Of a DNA stretch of 56,111 nucleotides, positions 8,934-18,882 are shown piece after piece (position 1 is the first letter of the stretch; every line of letters begins with the position of its first letter). The DNA lies in the NCBI GenBank assembly GCA_041605395.1, contig JBFIYM010000003.1:1-56111 (forward strand), written 5' to 3'. Under the pieces are notes generated by a model, which searched no databases, had not been told where the DNA came from, and saw nothing but the letters and a program-made list of their open reading frames with translations. A program made the translations under genes and the position numbers. This DNA is from Myxococcota bacterium (lineage in GTDB: Bacteria > Myxococcota_A > UBA9160 > UBA6930).

Positions 8934-10154
8934 GTGTTCTACGGCTGGCGGATGGTCGGCGTCGCCTTCTACGCGCACCTGGTCGCGTCGGGCCTCGGCT
9001 TCTACGCGCTGCCGCGGCTGCTGGTGCCGCTGGCGGAGGAGCTCTCCGACGGGCAACGCGCCGGGGTGGCGCTGCTCACGGCCGCGATGAGCGTCCCGGG
9101 CGTCGTCGTCGGCCCGCTCGTGGGCCGGGCGCTCACGCGCTTTCCGCTGCGCACCGTGATGCCCTGCGGCGCGGCCGTTCTGGTCGTGGGCTTCCTGGCC
9201 GCCTCCCAGGCCACCCGGCTCTGGCACCTGGTCGTCGTGTACGCCACGGTGGTGCCGATCGCCGTGAGCGCGCTCAGTGCGATTGGCGCCAACGCGCTGG
9301 TCGGCAACTGGTTCGACCGCCGCCGCCCCCTCGCGCTCGGTCTCTCCCAGTTCGGGCTGTCGATCGCCGGCGCCGTGATGACCTTCTTCATCAGCTGGAC
9401 GCTCGCGCAGGGCGGCTGGCGCGGGACGTACCTGTGGTTCGCCGGCATCGCATTCGTCTCGGCGCCGCTGCTCCGGCTCACCGTCTCCGACCGGCCGTCG
9501 GAGCGGGGCCTTCGGCCCGACGGCGCCACGGAGGGCCCGGAGGATCCGGCTTCGACGCGGCTCCCGACCCTCACCTTCGGCAGCGCCCTGCGCGACGCGC
9601 GCCTCTGGCTGATCGGCATGGCCGCCGGGCTCGCCTTCGCCGGCACCACGGGGCTGGTGCAGAACATCCACGCCTTCGCGACCGACGCAGGCTACGCGGA
9701 CCGCGAGGCCGACACCGTGCTGGCCGTGATCTCGCTCTTCGCAGCGTTCGGAAAGCTCGTGTTCGGCTACCTCGGCATCCGCTTCGGGGAGCGCGCCACC
9801 TTCTGGATCGCGCTGCTCGGACAGGCGCTGGCGATGGCACTGCTGCCCATGGCCCGCACCTCGCTTCCGCTGCTGCTCGTGGCGGGCGCCGGCTTCGGCC
9901 TCACGCTCGGCGGCGTCATGCCGGCGCTCGCCGCACTGCTGGCCCGCATCTACGGGGCGGCCGGCTTCGGCCCGGTGATGGGGTACCTCGCACCGATGCT
10001 GGTCCCCTTCCAGATGTTCGGCGCCCCGATCGCTGCCGGCGTCCACGACTGGACGGGGAGCTACGACCCCGCGATCTACGGCTTCGCCGTCGGCTGCCTC
10101 GCGGCCGCGGCGGCACTGCTCCCGGTGCGGCTGGCTCGAGCAGGCGGGCGCTGA
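8934..10154 (+). CDS. MFS transporter (OFA/MCT-like)
   Basis: About 12 hydrophobic segments, GNWFDRRRPLALG, GVHDWTGSY. Confidence 0.85.
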   Translation: MFYGWRMVGVAFYAHLVASGLGFYALPRLLVPLAEELSDGQRAGVALLTAAMSVPGVVVGPLVGRALTRFPLRTVMPCGAAVLVVGFLAASQATRLWHLVVVYATVVPIAVSALSAIGANALVGNWFDRRRPLALGLSQFGLSIAGAVMTFFISWTLAQGGWRGTYLWFAGIAFVSAPLLRLTVSDRPSERGLRPDGATEGPEDPASTRLPTLTFGSALRDARLWLIGMAAGLAFAGTTGLVQNIHAFATDAGYADREADTVLAVISLFAAFGKLVFGYLGIRFGERATFWIALLGQALAMALLPMARTSLPLLLVAGAGFGLTLGGVMPALAALLARIYGAAGFGPVMGYLAPMLVPFQMFGAPIAAGVHDWTGSYDPAIYGFAVGCLAAAAALLPVRLARAGGR

Positions 10155-10188
10155 GCCGGGGAGATCTTCTTCGGACCCGAGGCGCTCG

Positions 10189-11520
10189 CTACTCGAGGCC
10201 GAGGCGCTTCATCTTCTTGCGCAGCCCGTGGCGCGTGAGGCCGAGCGCTCGCGCTGCGTGGGTGCGGTTCCCGCCGCAATGCGCGAGCTCCGCCCGGATC
10301 GCCTGGAGCTCCAGCTGGGCGACCCGGTCCCGAAGCTCGCCCATCGCGTAGAGAGGCGGGAGCTCGGTCCGGTCGTCCGGCAGGTGCTGGATCGAGATCG
10401 GCTCGTCGGGCTCCGCCATCGCGATCGCGCGCTCGACGAGGTTGCGCAGCTCGCGCACGTTCCCACGCAGGTCACGCTGTGCCAGCGCCTCGAGAAAGTC
10501 CTCACCCAGCGCCACGCGGCGGGCCAGGTCGGTGCCGAGCTGCTCGGCGAAGTGCTGTGCGAGGAAAGGGATGTCGACGCGACGTCGGCGCAGCGGCGGC
10601 AATTGGATGGTAACGGCGTTGATTCGGTAGAAGAGATCCGCCCGAAACGAGCCCTCCTCGATCGACTGCTCCAGGCTGCGATTCGTGGCGGACACCAGGC
10701 GCACGTCGACCCGGATGGCCTCGGTCTCCCCGAGTGGACGCAGCTCTCCGCTCTCGAGAACCCGCAACAGCTTCGTCTGCAGCGCGAGCGGCATGTCGCC
10801 GACTTCGTCGAGGAACAACGTCCCGCCGTGAGCCGCACGGAATAGACCACGATGCGAGCGTTCGGCGCCGGTGAACGAGCCCTTGCGGAAGCCGAACAGC
10901 TCGGCCTCGAGCATGGTTTCCGGCAGAGCCCCGCAGTTGAGCGCGACGAAGGGCCGCTCCGCTCTCGGACTGCGGGCGTGAATGGCCCGTGCCACCAACT
11001 CCTTGCCGGTGCCGGTCTCGCCGAGGATGAGCACGGAGGTACGGGTCGGACCGACCCGCGCGATCTCCTCGGTGACGTCCCGCATCGCACGGCTCACGCC
11101 GAGCAGCGCCAGGGCCGGACGATGCTCGGCGCGCGCGCTCCGCGCGACGCCCGGGTCGAGACGATCCAGCAGATAGCGCAGTGCGGGTACAGGGGCGGGA
11201 TGCGACAGCAGCTGTAGGGGCCGTAGGCGTGAGAGCGCCGGCTCGAGGACCGCGTCGGGACATCCGTCCACGATCATCAACAGCGCATTCCCGGCCTGGA
11301 GGCTGCACAGGGGCTCGAGCGCCGCGAGGTCCCCGACCCTCGCGTCGCGGGGCAGACACAGCACCGCACAGACCGCGTCGAGATGTGGGCGGGGATCCTC
11401 GAGGTCGCGCGGCGCGACGTCGTGGACGTCCCGGTCTTCGCCGAGGAGCCGCCGGTAGTGCGCGCGGAGCGCCGCGTCCTCGGCGACGAGCAGGACGCTT
11501 CCCCGCTTCGCCTCGCTCAA
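10189..11520 (-). CDS. Sigma-54-dependent transcriptional activator (bEBP) with degenerate receiver domain
   Basis: GETGTGKE, ELFG..KGSFTGA, LFLDEVGD, FRADLFYRI, GNVREL, and a Fis-type HTH. TTG start overlaps the upstream stop. Confidence 0.9.
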   Translation of the reverse strand: MSEAKRGSVLLVAEDAALRAHYRRLLGEDRDVHDVAPRDLEDPRPHLDAVCAVLCLPRDARVGDLAALEPLCSLQAGNALLMIVDGCPDAVLEPALSRLRPLQLLSHPAPVPALRYLLDRLDPGVARSARAEHRPALALLGVSRAMRDVTEEIARVGPTRTSVLILGETGTGKELVARAIHARSPRAERPFVALNCGALPETMLEAELFGFRKGSFTGAERSHRGLFRAAHGGTLFLDEVGDMPLALQTKLLRVLESGELRPLGETEAIRVDVRLVSATNRSLEQSIEEGSFRADLFYRINAVTIQLPPLRRRRVDIPFLAQHFAEQLGTDLARRVALGEDFLEALAQRDLRGNVRELRNLVERAIAMAEPDEPISIQHLPDDRTELPPLYAMGELRDRVAQLELQAIRAELAHCGGNRTHAARALGLTRHGLRKKMKRLGLE

Positions 11521-12665
11521 CCGCAGCCGACCGGGGGCAGCAGCAGCTCGAAGCGGGCGCCCCCGCCGAGCGACTTGCCGACCCGGATGCTCCCGCCGAG
11601 CTCTTCGACGATCTTCTGGACCACGGCCAGCCCGAGACCGATGCCGCGCGCCTTGCCGAAGGTCACGAAGGCGTCGAACAGCTGGTCTGCAATCTCGGGC
11701 GGGATGCCGGGGCCCGTGTCGCTCACCGCGAGAAGGGCGCTGCCGTCGGCGAGACGGGTCTCGATGCGCAGCACACCGCCCTCGGGCATGACGTCGAGCG
11801 CGTTGTCCACGAGATTGAGCAGCACGCGGCGGAGCCGTGCCTCGTCGAGCGATACGATCGCGCGGGACTCGAGATCGACCTCGAGCGCCACGCCGTAGCG
11901 AGAGGCACGCGCCGAAACACCGACCAGCGCAGCGTCCACGACGTCGTCGAGCGGTTCCGGGCGGCAACCTGCCTGCCCCTGGCTTACATGGGAGACCTCG
12001 AGAAGCTCACTGCACATGTGCTGGAGACGGTCTACCTCGTCGACCACCGTGCGACCCAACTCGACGAGAGAATCGTTCCCGGCGTCGCTGACGATCTCGG
12101 AACCCGCGCTGCGAATCGTCGTGAGGGGGCTGCGTAGGTCGTGCACGATCATGGCGATCATGCGTCCGATCGCCGCGAGGCGTTCCGAGGCGATGGTGCG
12201 CGCCTGCGAGTCGCGGAGCGCCGTCAGGGTCTCCTCGAGCTCCCGGTTCTTCGCGGTGACCAGCGTCAGCAGGCTGGCGTTCTCGCGCGCCAGGCGGACG
12301 CGCTGGAGGACGCCCGTCACCGCGGCCTGCAGGTCGGCCGGCAGACAGGGCTTGTGGAGGTATGCGTGAACGCGGCCCAGGTTGATGGCATCCACGCTCG
12401 CCTGGAGGTCCGTGTATCCGGTGAGCAGGATGCGCCCTACGGTGCCGTCGTGTTCGGCCACCATGCGAAGGAGCTCGATGCCGCTCATGCCGGGCATGCG
12501 CTGGTCGGAGATGACGAGATCGACGCCACCCCCCTGCACGAGCGCGAGCGCCTCCTCCCCGCGTTCCGCGTAGGACACGCGGGCCACGCGCCGCAGGGAG
12601 CGGACGATCAGCTCGAGGGCGCGGGGCTCGTCGTCGACCGCAACGATGTGGGGCAACGCGCTCAT
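11517..12665 (-). CDS. Hybrid receiver-histidine kinase
   Basis: REC motifs VDDE, VISDQRMP, LHKP. H-box VHDLRSPL, N-box NLVDNA, DTGPG, GIGLGL. Confidence 0.92.
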   Translation of the reverse strand: MSALPHIVAVDDEPRALELIVRSLRRVARVSYAERGEEALALVQGGGVDLVISDQRMPGMSGIELLRMVAEHDGTVGRILLTGYTDLQASVDAINLGRVHAYLHKPCLPADLQAAVTGVLQRVRLARENASLLTLVTAKNRELEETLTALRDSQARTIASERLAAIGRMIAMIVHDLRSPLTTIRSAGSEIVSDAGNDSLVELGRTVVDEVDRLQHMCSELLEVSHVSQGQAGCRPEPLDDVVDAALVGVSARASRYGVALEVDLESRAIVSLDEARLRRVLLNLVDNALDVMPEGGVLRIETRLADGSALLAVSDTGPGIPPEIADQLFDAFVTFGKARGIGLGLAVVQKIVEELGGSIRVGKSLGGGARFELLLPPVGCG

Positions 12666-15145
12666 CCGGCTGGTCTATCGGCCGGCGCACTGCCGGCTTG
12701 AGGCGCATCCTCCGGGAGGCGGATGGGCAGATCGAGGATGAAGCAGGTGCCGCGCCCCGGCCCGCTGCGCACGCCGAGCGTGCCGCCGTGGCGCGTCACG
12801 ATTCCGTAGCTGAGGGCCAGGCCGAGGCCGGTCCCCTTTCCCACCTCCTTGGTCGTGAAGAAGGGCTCGAAGATCCGGCCGCGCGCCTCCGGGGGAATGC
12901 CCGGCCCGTCGTCCTCCACCTCCACGATCACACGGTCGGGGCCATTGCACGCGGTCCGCACGCGGATCGTGCCCCGCTCGCCCAGGGCGTCTGCCGCGTT
13001 CGCGAGGAGGTTCATGAAGACCTGGTCGAGCTGGCCCTCGATGCACTCGACGGTCGGCGTCTCGCCGTACTCGCGCTCCACCTCGATGCCGATCAAGCGA
13101 CCCTGGAGGAGGTTCAGGGTCGCTTCGAGCGAGGTGCGCAGGTCGATCTCGGAACGGCGACCGCCGTCGGCGCGCGAGAACGAGCGGAGGTCGCGGACGA
13201 TGGTGGCCGTGCGCTCGACGCCCTCCGCGCATGCGGCCAGCAGGCTCGGGAGGTCCTCGACGGCCCAGTCGAGGTCGAGCCGTGCCCGCGCTTCGGCCAG
13301 ACGCTCGGTGAGCGCGGGGGCGTACTCGCCAGCGATCTTCTCGTACTCGACGATCGCCGTGCACAGGGAGTCGACGTGCTGGCGCAGGAACTGCAGGTTT
13401 CCCTCGACGAAGTGCAGCGGGTTGTTGATCTCGTGAGCCACGCCGGCGACGAGCTGGCCTAGCGACGCCATCTTCTCCTGGTGCGCCATCTGCCGCTGCG
13501 TGTCGCGCAGGGCAGTGAGGGTCGCCGCGAGCTCTGCCGTGCGCTCCTGGACCTTGCCCTCGAGCGTCTCGTTGAGCTCACGCAGCTGCTCGAGCGCGAG
13601 TGCCTTGGCCAACGCGAGGGCGCCCTGGCTGGCCAGGTTGCGTAGCAGCCGACGCTCCTCGGCGCCGTAGCGACGCCCCGAGAGCCGCCGGCCGAGTGTG
13701 AGCCGCGCGAGGGCGCGACCGTCGAGGGCGAAGGGCACCCGCAGGCCGCCGGCCGGCAGGTCCTCCAGGCGCTCGTCGTCCGCTGCGCTCGGCTCGTGGC
13801 CCGGTGCGACGTCGAGGTGCAGGGTCTCGGGCTGCAGCGCCTCACGCACCGCGTCCTCGATCACGGCGCGGATGCCGTCGAGGTCGGTCACCCGCGCGAG
13901 TCGCTGCAGAGCCTCCTCGAGCAGGCGACGGAAGTCGACGCTGGTACGGAAGAAGAGGCGGTCGACGCTCGACTGGAAGCGGTCACGCAGCGGCAGCAGG
14001 GCGGCAACCGCAAGCCCCGAGAGCAGCACCGCCGGTGCACGTCGCGAGATGCCGAGGGTCTCCTGCAGGAGGAGGTCCGTCAGGCTGACGGCGCCCGCGA
14101 ACGCGGCCGCCGTGAGGGCCGAAACCAGTATGTAGCTGGTCAGGCGCCGCAGCCCCGCGTCCACGCCGAGCAGATCCTCTCGCAGCACGGCGTAGGCGAT
14201 CGCCACCGGGAACAGGATGGCCGTCCAGCCCGCGAGGTTCTCGGGCACACTGCCGCCAGTCATGGCAGAGGCGAGCGCGAGCAGAATCGGCCCGAGCAGC
14301 GCGAGAAATGCGCCTGCCGCCAGGACCTTCACGCGCTGGCGCGACTCGAAGTCGATCGGCCGCAGATGGGCCCAGACCTGCAAAGCCACCAGTACGGGGA
14401 GCGCCGAGCCGAAGGCGCCGATGGCTACCCGGTGGCTCGTCACGTAGTGCGACGGGTCGTACAACCCGAGCTGCATGAGGACGCCGAACCCGGCGCTGAC
14501 CGCGTACGGCAGCGCGAGCAAACGCGGTCTGGCGACGAGCCAGGCGCGTCGGAAGGGGAACACGGCCGCGAAGTGCAGCACCGCAGCGAACAGCAGGCAC
14601 TCCAAGAAGGCGTGCAACCGAAACAATCGGTAGGGCCCGTAGAGATCCACCGCGGTGAGTGCGTACAGACCGACGATGTAGAGCGGCACCGCGCTGCTTC
14701 GAGCCGGACCCCGGCCGAGGAATCGGATGGCGAGTGCAGCCGCCACCAGCGAGAGCCCGCTCGCAAAGTAGGAGCCGAACAGGAGCAGGTAGTCGAGCCC
14801 CGAGAAACGGCGCGTCGCGATGGGGTGTGACGAGTTCTGGTCGCCGCTTCGCAGCTCGTAACGCACCTCGCTCCCGACCGGAAGGCGCCGGACGTGATGG
14901 GCGAGGTCACGGGCGTCGGCGAGCGGACGACCCTCCACCGCGACCACCTCGCGCTGGTAGATGCTGCTGTCCGCCACGGCCGGCCAGTGCGCCAGACCCG
15001 CGGAAGCCACCACGCGGTTGCCGAGTAGCAGGAAGCCCGGGAAGGGGCGCCCCACCCAGCCGCTCGACTCGGTCAACACGAGGAGCGTGATCGCGAGCGC
15101 GAAGAAGGCCGCGATCCAGGAAACGATGTCCCGCTGGCGTCGCAC
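12662..15145 (-). CDS. Membrane sensor histidine kinase (PDZ-like extracellular domain, multi-TM, GAF-like, HisKA/HATPase)
   Basis: H-box VAHEINNPL, NLLANA, DDGPG, FFTTKEVGKGTGLGL. The N-terminal half has about 9 hydrophobic segments. The start is uncertain (GTG 15145 chosen). Confidence 0.88.
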   Translation of the reverse strand: MRRQRDIVSWIAAFFALAITLLVLTESSGWVGRPFPGFLLLGNRVVASAGLAHWPAVADSSIYQREVVAVEGRPLADARDLAHHVRRLPVGSEVRYELRSGDQNSSHPIATRRFSGLDYLLLFGSYFASGLSLVAAALAIRFLGRGPARSSAVPLYIVGLYALTAVDLYGPYRLFRLHAFLECLLFAAVLHFAAVFPFRRAWLVARPRLLALPYAVSAGFGVLMQLGLYDPSHYVTSHRVAIGAFGSALPVLVALQVWAHLRPIDFESRQRVKVLAAGAFLALLGPILLALASAMTGGSVPENLAGWTAILFPVAIAYAVLREDLLGVDAGLRRLTSYILVSALTAAAFAGAVSLTDLLLQETLGISRRAPAVLLSGLAVAALLPLRDRFQSSVDRLFFRTSVDFRRLLEEALQRLARVTDLDGIRAVIEDAVREALQPETLHLDVAPGHEPSAADDERLEDLPAGGLRVPFALDGRALARLTLGRRLSGRRYGAEERRLLRNLASQGALALAKALALEQLRELNETLEGKVQERTAELAATLTALRDTQRQMAHQEKMASLGQLVAGVAHEINNPLHFVEGNLQFLRQHVDSLCTAIVEYEKIAGEYAPALTERLAEARARLDLDWAVEDLPSLLAACAEGVERTATIVRDLRSFSRADGGRRSEIDLRTSLEATLNLLQGRLIGIEVEREYGETPTVECIEGQLDQVFMNLLANAADALGERGTIRVRTACNGPDRVIVEVEDDGPGIPPEARGRIFEPFFTTKEVGKGTGLGLALSYGIVTRHGGTLGVRSGPGRGTCFILDLPIRLPEDAPQAGSAPADRPAG

Positions 15146-15204
15146 GAGGTCTCTTCGGAGCGGCCGCTGCCCGGCTAAAGAGGGCGCGCCGCGGCTCCGA
15201 TGGG

Positions 15205-16788
15205 TTGCCGGTTCCGAGGAGGGGCCGCGTGGCCCGCGTGCTCGCCGTCGTGCTCTCAGCCGCCCTCTACGGCCTGAGCTTCCCCCCGTTCGGCCTCGTT
15301 GGGCTTGCCTGGGTCGCCCTGGTGCCGCTGCTCTGGGCCCTCCGGGGCGCCTCGCTTCCGGCTGCGCTCGGGCTCGGCTACGCCTGGGGCGCGCTCGCGA
15401 CGCTGCTGGTGATCGCGTGGGTCGTGCCGACCCTCCAGGGTCACTTCCAGGCACCGCTCGGTTGGAGCCTCGCGTTCTGGCTCGGCCTCGGGGCCACGAC
15501 GGCGGCGCCCTACGCGGCGATCGCACTCGCTGGCTTCGTCGTGGCCGCCCGGCGCGTCTCGCTCGCTCTGCGCCCCGTGTTGTTCGTAGCCGCGTGGGTG
15601 AGCTTCGAGTACGCGCGAAGCGAGCTGCTGCTGCGGTCGCCCTGGGCTTCGCTCGCGCAGGTGCAGGCGGGTACCCCCTGGGTGCTCCAGGTCGCGGCCC
15701 TGACCGGCGCGTATGGCGTGAGTGCGCTGCTGGCATGGACGAACGCCGTGGTCGCCGAGCTTCTCGGGCAGCTTCGGGACACGTCGGCCCGGCGCGAGGC
15801 CGGAGCCCGGTTGGCGCCGCTCTGCCTCCCGCTCCTGCTGGTGCTGGGCGCCCTCCTCGTGTCGGAACGCCCGGCGCGGCCGGAGGGGGGCCTACGTGTC
15901 GCGCTCGTGCAGGGCAACGTCGAGCCCGAGCTGCGCTGGCGGCGCAGTGCAGCCGGCCGCGTGCTGAGACGCTACGTCGGGCTCACCCGTGACCTGCTGC
16001 GCGAAGCCAGCCAGGCGCAGCCGGACCTGATCGTGTGGCCCGAGAACGCGGTACAGACCAGCGTCGATGATCCGACCTACGGCCCTCCGCTGCGCGCGCT
16101 GGCTCGTCACGGCGTTCCGCTCCTCCTCGGCGCGCCCCGGAGCGAGCGTTGGAACGCGGAGCGCCTCCACTTCAACAGCGCCTTCCTGCTGCGCCCCGAC
16201 GGGACCCACGAGCACTACGACAAGCGGCGCCTGCTTCCCTTCAGCGAGACCCGCCCGCTCGGCCGCTGGGCCGGCATCGACACGCCGGGCGATGCCGACG
16301 CTTCCGAGTACACGGCCGGAGCCCGTCCCGGCCTCTTCGACGTCGCGGGTGAGCGCGTCGGCGTGCTCATCTGCGTGGAGGCGCTCGATGCCCGGTTGGC
16401 ACGCGAGCTCGCCGCAGCCGGTGCGACGCTGCTCGTCAACCTCTCGAACGAGAGCTGGTTCGGCGGGCGCGGCGGTGCGGAGCAACATCTCCAGCAGGCG
16501 GCGCTCCGGGCCGTGGAGACCGGCCTCCCCGTGGTTCGCGCAACGACCACGGGCGTCACGGCGGTGATCGCACCGGACGGGCGCGTCGTGGCCTCACTGC
16601 CTGCCGATCGGTCCGCCGTCCTGGATGCGCGTGTTCCGGCGCCACGTTCGGGCGGGACCTTCTACCGCCGCCACGGGGACCTCTTCGCGGCGCTCTGCAT
16701 TGCGGTCTGGCTCGGCGCACTCGCCCCCAGCGTCCGCTCCGAGCTCCAGCGAGGAGCGGTCAGCAGGTCCCCACGCGCGGCCGCATAG
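15205..16788 (+). CDS. lnt: Apolipoprotein N-acyltransferase (Lnt) paralog 1
   Basis: N-terminal TM bundle, VQGNV, and a nitrilase triad E (WPENA), K (YDKRRLLPFSE), C (ICVEA). Also LVNLSNESWF, LRAVE, and C-terminal TFY.RHGD. Confidence 0.88.
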   Translation: MPVPRRGRVARVLAVVLSAALYGLSFPPFGLVGLAWVALVPLLWALRGASLPAALGLGYAWGALATLLVIAWVVPTLQGHFQAPLGWSLAFWLGLGATTAAPYAAIALAGFVVAARRVSLALRPVLFVAAWVSFEYARSELLLRSPWASLAQVQAGTPWVLQVAALTGAYGVSALLAWTNAVVAELLGQLRDTSARREAGARLAPLCLPLLLVLGALLVSERPARPEGGLRVALVQGNVEPELRWRRSAAGRVLRRYVGLTRDLLREASQAQPDLIVWPENAVQTSVDDPTYGPPLRALARHGVPLLLGAPRSERWNAERLHFNSAFLLRPDGTHEHYDKRRLLPFSETRPLGRWAGIDTPGDADASEYTAGARPGLFDVAGERVGVLICVEALDARLARELAAAGATLLVNLSNESWFGGRGGAEQHLQQAALRAVETGLPVVRATTTGVTAVIAPDGRVVASLPADRSAVLDARVPAPRSGGTFYRRHGDLFAALCIAVWLGALAPSVRSELQRGAVSRSPRAAA

Positions 16789-17747
16789 GCGACGGAGGCG
16801 GGAAAGATCCAGGCCGTGAGAGCCAACGCGTTCGCCGGCGAGCTTCCCCCCGTCAACAGCTCGGCGAGCGTCAACGAGATCGGTAGGCCGAAGGCGAGCG
16901 CGGCGCCCAGTGCAAGCGTGCGGAGCCTCGCGCGAACGTCGACCGAGAGCGAGGTGCGGAACCGCTCGAGCTCGGAGATCACGAGAACGAGCAGAGAGGC
17001 GCCGAACGCGCTCACCGCGACCAGATGCGAGCCGGTGTAGGCGCTCGCTACGTCCAGGCGGGCCACCGTGAACCCGCCCAGCCCGAGCCCGGCCGCGTAG
17101 AGCGACAGCGGCAGCCAGGGGAATCGGTCGAGCAGGCGCGCCCGCTGCGGGAAGCCGAGTGCCATGTGGAGCGCGGCGGGGCCGAGCAGGGCTTCGCACA
17201 TGGCGTGCACCCCGAAGAGACGATAGGGGCCGTAGAGGTCGAGCGCGCTCAAGGTCCAGAGCGACCCGATCAGGAGCGCGGGGGCCGCGCACGCCGCGGT
17301 GGGATTGCGCCGACGCGCACCGAGCGCCACCAGCCCCGCGGCGCCGAGCGCAATCCCGTTCACCGCGTACATGCCGTAGAGCAGCATGAAGTCGCGGACT
17401 CCGAACCGGCGCGTCTCGATGACGCGTCGCTCCGAACGTTCTCCGCGTCGGAGCTCGTAGGCGACGGGCGTCGCCACCGGCAGGCGGCTCACGAGCGCGC
17501 GCACGTCGACCGCGGACGTGACGGCACGACCGTCGGCGGACACGACCCGGTGCTGGAAGATCTCACCCCCCGCCGTGCCCGGCCAGATCGAGAGACCGAC
17601 GGAGGCGACGACACCGTTCTCGAGGAGCAGGAAGCCCGGAAACGGCCGCTCCAGCTGCGAGACGGCGCCGAGCCCACCGGTGATTCCGACCGCGACGATC
17701 AGCGCCGCTGCCACGGCGAAGAGACGATCTTGGAAGAGGCGTTTCAT
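16662..17747 (-). CDS. Stand-alone receptor-like membrane protein (paralog of the kinase sensor region, no output domain)
   Basis: Shares RPFPGFLLL, DLYGPYRLF, LH...FP and FP...AYA with the 12662-15145 kinase, but ends just after the last TM helix. Confidence 0.8.
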   Translation of the reverse strand: MKRLFQDRLFAVAAALIVAVGITGGLGAVSQLERPFPGFLLLENGVVASVGLSIWPGTAGGEIFQHRVVSADGRAVTSAVDVRALVSRLPVATPVAYELRRGERSERRVIETRRFGVRDFMLLYGMYAVNGIALGAAGLVALGARRRNPTAACAAPALLIGSLWTLSALDLYGPYRLFGVHAMCEALLGPAALHMALGFPQRARLLDRFPWLPLSLYAAGLGLGGFTVARLDVASAYTGSHLVAVSAFGASLLVLVISELERFRTSLSVDVRARLRTLALGAALAFGLPISLTLAELLTGGSSPANALALTAWIFPASVAYAAARGDLLTAPRWSSERTLGASAPSQTAMQSAAKRSPWRR

Positions 17748-17778
17748 GGGACTCTCCGATCGCTACGCGTGAGGCGGC

Positions 17779-18837
17779 CTAGTCGAGCGAGATCAGCGTG
17801 CGGGCGGGCTTGTTCTGGACCCCGAGGAAGCGGGCGACGGCATCCATCACCTCGTCCATGAAGACCCCGGGCTCGAGCGGTCCCGCTGCGGGCGTCACGG
17901 TGATCACCAGGTCCATCTTCGCGGCCCCGGGCGCCAGGGGGACCCCTTCCGTGTCGTCCGCATTCCGACGCTGGAGCGCGTTGATCGCCAGCACCAGACG
18001 GTGGTGGTCGATGTGCAGGCTGCCGTCCGGGTGTCGGCCGTCCGTATCGACCGCGTGCGAACCCCCGGCATCGTGCGCGGCGGTATAGGAGTGGAACTCG
18101 TGGCGCCAATACGAGAGGACGTCGCTCGACCGGTCGCTCTTGAGCCGGTTGACCTTGTGTTCGAAGACGTCCCCGTGGAGGTCCTTGTCCCCTTCGACGC
18201 GCCAGCCGAAGTAGCTGCCCCACTGGCGCTCCGTCGCGTCGTCGGCGCTCATCGTGAAGAGTGTGAGGTCGACACCATCTGCGTTGTAGATCACGACGTC
18301 CTCGACGCCGAACGCGAGTGGACGATCGACGGCGATGAAGGAGAGCTGCATCGCATCCCGGATGTCCGTGACGTCGAGCGGGAGCAGCAGCGTCCCGTCG
18401 GCCGCAACCGCCGACTCGTGCCGCGAGATCCCGAACTCGCCCCCGCCGGGCGGCAGACGCGGCGCGGGAGGCAGCGCCGTGAAGAGCGCGTCGCCATACG
18501 TGCGGAGATAGCCGTTCCCGGAGACCTTGATCGACTTGGGTCCGGGAGCGCTGCCGAGGGCTGCAGGGACCTTCACGCTCAGATAGCCGGCGTCACCCGC
18601 AACCACGTCCACCAACGCGGCCGTACCGAACTCGACGCGATAGCTGGCGCCGACCTGGAAGTCGGCGCCGTCTGCGTGGACGCGGATGTTCGAGCCCGGC
18701 GAGGCGAAGGACGGTGAGATCAGCGTCCACGGCGGGGCGGGATGATCACATCCGCAACCAGCTCGAGCGGGCGCGATCGCGGCGAAGCTGGTCGCGAAGA
18801 CCAGGAAGAGCAGACCAACTCGGACCGTTCCCGACAT
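17779..18837 (-). CDS. Secreted protein with N-terminal GCGCDH motif
   Basis: GGAGGT RBS. Signal peptide MSGTVRVGLLFLVFATSFAAIAPARA followed by GCGCDHPAPP. His-rich later segments (YWRHEFHSY, HIDHH). Confidence 0.8.
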   Translation of the reverse strand: MSGTVRVGLLFLVFATSFAAIAPARAGCGCDHPAPPWTLISPSFASPGSNIRVHADGADFQVGASYRVEFGTAALVDVVAGDAGYLSVKVPAALGSAPGPKSIKVSGNGYLRTYGDALFTALPPAPRLPPGGGEFGISRHESAVAADGTLLLPLDVTDIRDAMQLSFIAVDRPLAFGVEDVVIYNADGVDLTLFTMSADDATERQWGSYFGWRVEGDKDLHGDVFEHKVNRLKSDRSSDVLSYWRHEFHSYTAAHDAGGSHAVDTDGRHPDGSLHIDHHRLVLAINALQRRNADDTEGVPLAPGAAKMDLVITVTPAAGPLEPGVFMDEVMDAVARFLGVQNKPARTLISLD

Positions 18838-18866
18838 GGGTGATGACCTCCGTGGGAGGTCGCTTG

Positions 18867-18882
18867 AGCAAGCTCCGTGCCA
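18867..18882 (-). promoter_or_regulatory. Sigma-54 (-24/-12) promoter
   Basis: Minus strand reads TGGCACGGAGCTTGCT, an exact match to TGGCACG-N4-TTGCW, 30 bp upstream of the 18837 ATG. Confidence 0.88.
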
